Assembly (NCBI GenBank): GCA_965197925.1
Contig: CBDAOC010000017.1
Span: 32,001-96,000, forward strand
DNA: 64,000 nucleotides
From: Nitrososphaerales archaeon
GTDB lineage: Archaea > Thermoproteota > Nitrososphaeria > Nitrososphaerales > UBA213
Reading direction: 5' to 3'
Shown: positions 56,795-64,000 of the stretch, in pieces
How the letters are laid out: each line of letters opens with the position of its first letter
Position numbering within the stretch: position 1 is the stretch's first letter
Notes under the pieces: model-generated
Databases searched by the model: none
The model's input: only the letters and a program-made list of their open reading frames with translations
What the model was told of the DNA's origin: nothing
Made by a program: the position numbers and the translations under genes

Positions 56795-58071
56795 GTGTTG
56801 CACCTTTCGAGGCAGTAGAGGGCCGTCGTCTTTGGATCATGGTTGGGATGGTCACTTGGTTATGATCTAGTGCTAATGCTTCTTGTAACCCCATATTTAA
56901 GTCAGCCCTTCTTCCCATCTGAAGATCCCACTTTTAGTTTATTAGTAACATTCGCAACATATGTCATAACGCTGATAATGCGGCCTGTAGGTGGTGCGTT
57001 GTTCGGCAGTTTAGGAGATAGACATGGTAGAAAGAAACCTATGATAATTACTATCATGGGTTTTTCTATTGCTACATTCGCAACAGGTTTGTTACCTACC
57101 TGGCAGATGGTAGGCATATTTGCGCCATTTCTGTTAGTACTCTTACGGTTAGCTCAGGGACTCTTTTCAGGGGGTGAATGGGCTAGCGGTGCAGTGCTCA
57201 CGATGGAGACTACCAAGATCAAGCCGGGGATTACTTTCTAGATTCGTACAGAATGGATTTACATTGGGATTCCTCATTGCGTCGATAACATACCAATTTG
57301 CATCTGTTGCATACACTGAGGACACCTTGGAAATGGGGTAGAGGGTTATGTTCTTCACAGGCATAATTCCGGGTTTGGTAGCTCTTTTCGTCAGATTTAA
57401 GATGAAAGAATCCGAAGTATGGTTGGAGAAGGTGCGCCAGAAGAAGATTGAGAGGGCAACCTTGCGTAAGGTTATGTTAAATGTTGAACATAGAAAACGT
57501 TTCTTCCTTTCTTTAATGATCATGACAGGTCTAATGTATGCTTATTACACATCAATTGGCTTTATGCCAACATTTCTTCAACAGTATGATCATCTTGAGC
57601 GACCAGAGGTTGCCACTTATGATTGCCGCTACAGTTTCATCCCTGCTCGGACATATTTTTACTGGCTTTATCAGTTAGTACATAGGTAGAAAGAAGTCCA
57701 TAGCGATATTTGCTCTTGCAGCTATACTGCTAGCTGTTCCTATGTTAATTGGTCTTTATAATGCTACTCATATTTCAGAAAGGATAATCTATACAGGTGT
57801 GTTAGTGTTTGTAACAACAACTGGATTCGGACCTATACCAGCATTTCTATCAGAGAGATTCCCAACGGAAATTAGAAACAGTGCGTGTGGTTTCGTATAC
57901 AACGGCGGGTTGATATTCGGCTCCTGGGCACCGTTGATAGTAGTCAACTTATTATCCCAAGCAGGATCTCTTGTTCCAATTATCCTTGCTTTAAATATTG
58001 TGGTAGGTTCAATAATAATTCTTGTTGGTACAAAACTCAATCCAGAGACACGTGATACGGACTTGACATAA
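56795..58071 (+). pseudogene. MFS transporter (metabolite:H+ symporter type), frameshifted
   Basis: RPVGG.LFG.LGDRHGRK, GGEW and SERFPTEIR motifs in three frames, plus an early TAG. Confidence 0.88.
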
Positions 58072-58308
58072 CTACTATATTCACAAACAGGCAGATTATG
58101 GGGAAAACCCATAATTTACAAATAATAGATTACTAACTATCTTATCTCACTAATTCAACTTCAAGATACTCAATAAAACCATTTCATTTAATCCAAAGAT
58201 CCTTTCTTAACTATAATTAATTATGTTTCTATTTCATTCTGTCTAGAAATATAGTCGAAGTGTTGTTCGTTGTCATCCCTCCCATCAGGTAATTGCTTTA
58301 TGTATACT

Positions 58309-59186
58309 CAACTGATCCCAAAACTGATCATTTAGTGAATAATTGACGATCATTTGGATCTATTTGCAATGCTGCCCGTAGCAGATCATGAAATTTCAGG
58401 AGATAACAGGTGAACAATGGAAGATGATATCACCGCATCTCCCCAAGCCAGCCAGAACCGGAAGGCCAAGGGCAGACGACAGAAAGACAGTCAACGGAAT
58501 CCTGTTTGTCGGGATAACAGGATGCAGGTGGACTGGGATGTCACAAAGGTACGGCTCCAAATCAACTGCGCACCGCAGACTGCAGAACTGGCAGCGACGT
58601 GGAATATGGAAGAATATCCTCTCCGCTGCAGTCAAATCAGCCCACAGATCAGGCAAGATGCAGCTGCAAAAAACGGTCGATTCGTCATCAGTTCCGGCCA
58701 AAAAAGGGGAAGCGTCATAGGATACAACGGATTCAACAGGATTTCAGGCACAAAAATACACGTTGCGGTGGAACAAAACGGACTGCCAGTCTCAGTAGTA
58801 ATGTCCTGCAAATCAGCATGACTCTGCAAGATTTGTAGACGTGATGGATGGCATCTCACAATATCTGGATGAGAGATCTATCAGAAAAATTGCGCGGTGC
58901 CAAGCAGACAAGGGCTATGATGCAGAATTCATCAGGAAATACCTCACCAAAAGAAAAATCTCTGACTGCATGCCTTACAGAAAAAACAGTAAGACACAAC
59001 AACAAAATGATAATACAGAACAATACCTATACGGCAAGACGCGCTATGTTGTGGAGAGATTCTTTGCCTGGTTGAAGAATGGGTTCCACAGAACCAGGAT
59101 CAGATATGAGAAGAATGCACAAAACTATCTGGCATTTGTTATCATTTCGTCGATTATGATGTATTGGAGAGTATTGGGATGACTTC
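58309..59186 (+). mobile_element. IS family B, copy with the 2-bp deletion
   Basis: 878 bp; same orfB lesion as 7041-7918. Confidence 0.92.
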
Positions 59187-59194
59187 TATATTAG

Positions 59195-59740
59195 TTATTG
59201 TTTCTTTATGGAGAGGACCTTTTGAACTTCGCTAATACTGTTTATGAACTTCTTTTTCGCCTCAAAAACATCAGATACTTTTACAACTACCTCTGTAGAA
59301 GAGAGCATTACATCCTTTACAACTAATGGTGCACTGAGGCCAAGGAGTTCACTGAGCACGTCAAATATATTACTAAATTTAGCACCACCCCTGTATGTAT
59401 AAATTGTATTCCCATCGTTCATCTTAGGAGTAGGTTCTATAGGAATGATAAGGTCCGATGATGTTATTTCGGTTATGAAGGTAGTCATGTCATTATTAAT
59501 AGTATCATCAAGTGTATCTCTCTGCAGCAATAGTTTCTCTCTAGTGCTTTCAAGCATTCCAAGTTCATCATGATACTCAACGCCAATCATTTTTGCAAAA
59601 GCTGATTCGGTTGCGCTTTTTATTGGTAGTTCATGCATCTTGACACCTATATCTGACAATTCATTATCAACGTCAGAAAGTTCCAGTCTGTTAGTCTTAA
59701 TTCTTCCAGCAAGTTCTTCTAAAAAATGAAAGTCAACCAT
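59195..59740 (-). CDS. Uncharacterised protein with N-terminal coiled coil, downstream of tubulin
   Basis: 181 aa; starts 11 bp after the tubulin stop on the same strand. Confidence 0.8.
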   Translation of the reverse strand: MVDFHFLEELAGRIKTNRLELSDVDNELSDIGVKMHELPIKSATESAFAKMIGVEYHDELGMLESTREKLLLQRDTLDDTINNDMTTFITEITSSDLIIPIEPTPKMNDGNTIYTYRGGAKFSNIFDVLSELLGLSAPLVVKDVMLSSTEVVVKVSDVFEAKKKFINSISEVQKVLSIKKQ

Positions 59741-59751
59741 ATTCCATCACT

Positions 59752-61134
59752 TTAGCTGAAGTGATGAACAACATCCATAAGACTTTGTTTAAATTCTTCG
59801 TTCGCAAGTCCCCATTTAGCATACTCTTCCCTAAATGAATCCCATGATTGCTCCGCCTCTGTGGCAATATCGAGTATCTTTTGTCCTATAGCTTTGGTAT
59901 TTATCAGGATTGTAACATGAGCCGGCTCATTTTCCATTATGGGTATTTTTACAAATATCATCCTTGAATCCTCGATATTAAACCGTTCTCTTATCACCAT
60001 CTTTAGTGCTTCTCTTTCTTTCAAGTCAAATTCGCCCCTTACTTTAACCAAGGCACAGCAAGAATCCCTTGAACCTCCTTTATCCCTTATTGCATTCTCA
60101 TCTATATCGAATAGAATTGCATCTTCTTTGTGGTGAACTGCGTCCATAATTCCCTCCATGGTGTTATTATTGTCAATATTCATTGGGTTCCAATGACCAC
60201 CTGAAGGTACAAGAGGTATTACCCAAGGTATTGCGAATTTTGGGCGTTTGGTCGCCAACCACGTTCTGTAGTTAGACATATCCCACTCTGTCTCCCTTGC
60301 AAATGAAGCTATAAACATAGATATTGCATTTGCAGCTATGATATTCATACCTCTATAGTCCTTCCATCCTGCTTCATGCTCCTTGGGTAAGTCGTCTATT
60401 ATCGATTGCATTTTATCAAGTTTATTTTTGAACTGTTGTGAATACTTTCGCAATGTTTTGTTATCCAATAATAATGAACAGTCTGAGAACTTGATTTGAT
60501 ATTCTAGATTCATGACTATGTTTATTGCCGCTGCTTCAAATATTACTGGATCCCATCCGAACTCAGGGAGCAATCCTATGGTTGCTAGTGTTGCATGTGC
60601 TCCAATATCCTTTTTTATGTATTCTATGAAGGCACTTGCAAATGAACTGCCTGTCCCTCCGCCCATTGCGAAAGGAATGGTGAAGCCTCTAACCGGTTCA
60701 GGTGAGAGCGATGCCAGCTGTTTTTGAATATCGAACTTGGAGGAAACTTCCTTCGTGAAGCGTGTTCGGCCCTCAGCCCAATTCCTCGCTGCTCCTCCTG
60801 TTCCATGTATTACATGCTTATCCCTTAACGCAAAAAGATCTGGGTATGATTGAAGGATTAGATTAGCCGCTCGAGGATCTAGGTCTACGAGAAGCGCTCT
60901 TGGAATTAGAGGTATTTCTCCTCCATTATACGAGTTGGGGAACCTTAGGATAGTGCTTCCATATCTTTTCAAGACTTTCGACTCCTCCTTCTCACCATGC
61001 AGTACTGGCTTCAATGGATCTGCGCCTACGTCTAAAAGAAGCCTCCTGTATGATTCTGCCCCCAATCCTATACCACAATGTCCGAAGCAGGTCATCAACA
61101 CCGGGGCAGGTGGAAGCGGAGTAAATTTAGCCAA
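59752..61134 (-). CDS. Eukaryote-like tubulin (artubulin)
   Basis: GHCGIGLG, PRALLVDLDP, GAARNWAEG, GGGTGS, DCSLLLDN and YRGMN motifs; 460 aa. Confidence 0.88.
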   Translation of the reverse strand: MAKFTPLPPAPVLMTCFGHCGIGLGAESYRRLLLDVGADPLKPVLHGEKEESKVLKRYGSTILRFPNSYNGGEIPLIPRALLVDLDPRAANLILQSYPDLFALRDKHVIHGTGGAARNWAEGRTRFTKEVSSKFDIQKQLASLSPEPVRGFTIPFAMGGGTGSSFASAFIEYIKKDIGAHATLATIGLLPEFGWDPVIFEAAAINIVMNLEYQIKFSDCSLLLDNKTLRKYSQQFKNKLDKMQSIIDDLPKEHEAGWKDYRGMNIIAANAISMFIASFARETEWDMSNYRTWLATKRPKFAIPWVIPLVPSGGHWNPMNIDNNNTMEGIMDAVHHKEDAILFDIDENAIRDKGGSRDSCCALVKVRGEFDLKEREALKMVIRERFNIEDSRMIFVKIPIMENEPAHVTILINTKAIGQKILDIATEAEQSWDSFREEYAKWGLANEEFKQSLMDVVHHFS

Positions 61135-61218
61135 ATTTCAGCCCTAATATTCATGGCAAACCCCCTTTCTTTAATCATAGAGTGTAACAAATTCCGTTTT
61201 TGTATAAATTGTTATTTA

Positions 61219-61734
61219 CTAATCTATAGTTATTACTCTTTCAGGTCCTGCTGGTCTTCGATCTAAATCACTATACCCTGTTGGATTTATGGTAGGTTCT
61301 AACTCCAAACAATTTGTGTTTTCAATAAAGTCTAAAACAAAGAGTCCCTCTGCACGTAGGTTTCTATCATAATCATTGTTCATAGTTCTACAATGGATAC
61401 TAGCATTAACTGTTCCATCATGTGTCTGAAATCTTAAATTCAAACTCAATATGTTATTTTTTTCAAAATTAGAAACTCCTACCTCTAAGTTTCCACCATG
61501 TCTCTGGTTTCGCAGTTCTTCTTTAGCATCAGGGAATCTTTCATAAAATGCTGCATAGGAGGGATGTGCTTTGAGTTTCTTTAGCAGTTCTTCATCACTC
61601 ATGAATGAATTTCCAATTTCTGCCCATGGATTGTTTTCAATGATGTTTGGTAAGAATGTATACCAGAACAAGCCAAACATAGAGATTGTAATTCCCAATC
61701 CTACAAAATAAGTAATTTTTCTTAACGTAATCAT
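61219..61734 (-). CDS. Membrane-anchored hypothetical protein
   Basis: N-terminal TM helix; AFYERFPDA. Confidence 0.7.
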   Translation of the reverse strand: MITLRKITYFVGLGITISMFGLFWYTFLPNIIENNPWAEIGNSFMSDEELLKKLKAHPSYAAFYERFPDAKEELRNQRHGGNLEVGVSNFEKNNILSLNLRFQTHDGTVNASIHCRTMNNDYDRNLRAEGLFVLDFIENTNCLELEPTINPTGYSDLDRRPAGPERVITID

Positions 61735-62055
61735 AGTTTCCCATTAAGAAATCAGCATATATTTGTATTTCTTTTTTTGGCCAGCTAGAAATCATCACGC
61801 TTTCACTCATTTGTAGATCAAACCAAATCATTTGGATCAATGAAACATTACATATTTCTCATTTCATGAATAAAAAATACAGACGATGATCCGCATCATG
61901 CTGTCCATACTAAAGAAGATGCATGTTCCACTTTTTGCATAGCAAATCCAAGCATGAATTTTCCATTCACACCATGTTCCCATCTTATCCCATAACCTCT
62001 TCCTGATCTTTTCTCATCTTATCCGCCTTTTGGTAATTTTATCTAGCTCATTGTT

Positions 62056-62505
62056 TCACTTGGGATATAGGTCGCCCTGCACCTCATAAGCCCGCCTGTC
62101 ACATGTTGGACATTTTAGAATAACATGCTCTGATAGCGTCAGATCGGGATTGCTCTGCAGCTCAACACCAGCCTCAACCTCACTCACCTTTATCTCCACT
62201 TCCAGAACATCATCCGTGTCTTCTATGGTGGTTAGCGTGAAGGTGTTGTGTGTGAATTTTGCTTCAAGTGCTGCAAGTGAAGAGTTGAACTGTGTCTTAA
62301 TTGATGCTTTGATGCTTGTCCTATCTGCTGCTGGGAGATCTACCTCTCTAGGATCGCCCCCTTCGTCAACAATGGTCTTTTTCGGTACATCCACCCTGTT
62401 GTGTTCAATTAACGTGTATTGGCTCCATCCGGGGTTTATGCTCTTTGGTGCTATGAATAGTGTATGACAACCATTACACTCGAATGAAGCTTCTATTTCG
62501 ACCAT
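62056..62505 (-). CDS. Hypothetical protein with terminal CxxC motifs (possibly viral)
   Basis: CNGC and CPTC; higher GC than the host; GGAGGTG SD-like site upstream. Confidence 0.6.
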   Translation of the reverse strand: MVEIEASFECNGCHTLFIAPKSINPGWSQYTLIEHNRVDVPKKTIVDEGGDPREVDLPAADRTSIKASIKTQFNSSLAALEAKFTHNTFTLTTIEDTDDVLEVEIKVSEVEAGVELQSNPDLTLSEHVILKCPTCDRRAYEVQGDLYPK

Positions 62506-62510
62506 CTATC

Positions 62511-62636
62511 TCAAGCACCTCCAATATCCATAAAGAAATAATTCCCGCCCTGTCCATTACCACCGTTTTGATTACCAGTGCCCCCACTACCGCCCGTTAC
62601 TGAAACACTTTTGGGGGCAAATTTTGAGATTACTAA
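62511..62636 (-). pseudogene. Gly-rich C-terminal fragment cut by an IS
   Basis: VISKFAPKSVSVTGGSGGTGNQNGGNGQGGNYFFMDIGGA*. Confidence 0.5.
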
Positions 62637-64000
62637 GAGCTTATCCGAAAATTAACATCATAGCCTAATTGTTTATACCGAAACAGATCTAGATCTGTCC
62701 TCTCTAGCTAAATTTGTGATAAAAGCTAAGAAAAAGAGCATGCCGACCATATGGAATATACCAGACAATCTATGGGTAGAGTTCAAACTAGTGTTGCTAC
62801 CAGAGAAACCAGCAAGAACAGTTGGAAGGCCAGCTGTGCCATTTAGAAAAGTGTTGAATGGAATACTGTATGTATTAAGAACTGGATGCCAGTGGAAGAA
62901 GGTATCTAAAGAATTTGGTTCTGGCTCAACTTGCCATGCAAGATTTCAGGAATGGATTGGGATAGGAGTATTCAAGAAGGTATGGAAGAGGCTGCTGGAA
63001 ATATATGATCAACTCATCTCAAAACCCTACAATACATCAAAAATGATGCAAGATTAACAAATGCCAGATAGTTTTCTGCCGTTCTTTCATACCTGATTCT
63101 TGTTCTGTGAAATCCATTCTTGAGCCATGCAAGGAATCTCTCAACTACAAATCTTGTCTTGTTGTAATGTTTGCAATCATTATTTTGAAAGATGAACTTG
63201 GAATTTATTTTGTATGGGATGCAACATGCAATATTTCTATCCCACAACCACAAATACATTCTGATGTATTTTGCATCATGCCCTTTGTCTGCATAAACTG
63301 ATTCTATCTGTTGTATTGAATCATCATCAAGATAGTCTGAAATTGATCCTGTAACATCCATGCATTTTGTACTGTCATGTTCATTTGCTGGACTCAACAG
63401 TATGGATATTGGAAATCCGTTACCCTCTACTGCGGCATGTATTTTTGTACCTGTTATTCTCTTGAATCCATTATATCCAGTTACATTGCCCCTTTTTTAT
63501 TAGGAATGGATGAAGAGTCAACTGATTTTTTTAGACTAATTTTGCCAGATTTATGTGCTGAGTGAATAGTACGTGATAGAATCTTTTTCCAGATTCCTTT
63601 TTGTTGCCATTTGTTTAACCTTCTGTTTGCAGTAGAATCATCACCATATCTTTTTGGCATATCGTCCCATCGGCATCCAGTAGTTAGAACATGGATTATT
63701 CCGTTAATGATTTTTCTATCATAATCCCTAGGCCTGCCAGTTTTTGCATGTGGTGGTATGTGTGATTCCATCATACTCCACTGTTTGTCTGATAATTCTT
63801 GGAATTTCATAAAATAATTTTAGATGTCGCTATTCATGGATCTAAATGGTCGCTAAAAATTGTCTAAATGGTTAGTTTTGAGATGAGTTGGATGAATTGA
63901 AGAGCATGGGATGGGACTGGCAATCCATGGATAGCGTACCGAAGGCCCCATTAGGGGGAAAACGACCGTAGCAAACCCAACGGATAGAGGCAAGCTAGGT
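62637..64000 (+). mobile_element. IS family A (runs off the window) with a nested family D IS
   Basis: TIR GAGCTTATCCGAAAATT at 62637; orfA interrupted at 63010 and resumes at 63891. Confidence 0.9.
63010..63890 (-). mobile_element. IS family D, nested
   Basis: Perfect 16-bp TIRs; GAT target duplication at 63007-63009 and 63891-63893. Confidence 0.93.

Overview
AT-rich archaeal DNA, most likely an ammonia-oxidising thaumarchaeon (Nitrososphaerota). Support for this: the adjacent ADP-forming acyl-CoA synthetase and 4-hydroxybutyryl-CoA dehydratase of the 3HP/4HB cycle, a thaumarchaeosortase, the DUF1512-map cluster, Alba and DinB. Housekeeping blocks include larC-larE-cysteine desulfurase, mdh, etfB-etfA-fixCX, an ABC-2 transporter, thioredoxin and tRNA-Ala(CGC). 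They are interrupted by about 13 IS copies or remnants from 5 IS5-like families, several nested, and by many frameshifted genes, which suggests an IS burst with gene decay. Most notable: (1) an intact eukaryote-like tubulin (artubulin) apparently co-transcribed with an uncharacterised coiled-coil protein; (2) a 36-bp perfect duplication around a 37-bp foreign insert inside a transposase gene, matching the geometry of an off-target CRISPR spacer integration; (3) two identical 164-bp inverted repeats resembling miniature TnpB-family elements (promoter plus omegaRNA-like end ending TTCAC) that flank a wHTH/RelE-like gene pair, inside a 3.8-kb defence cargo (AbiV) that splits an IS; (4) a solo Cas1 (casposase-like) remnant; (5) integrase remnants around tRNA-Ala, with a hairpin pairing to the tRNA 5' end. 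All family calls come from motif recognition by eye; no database search was run.
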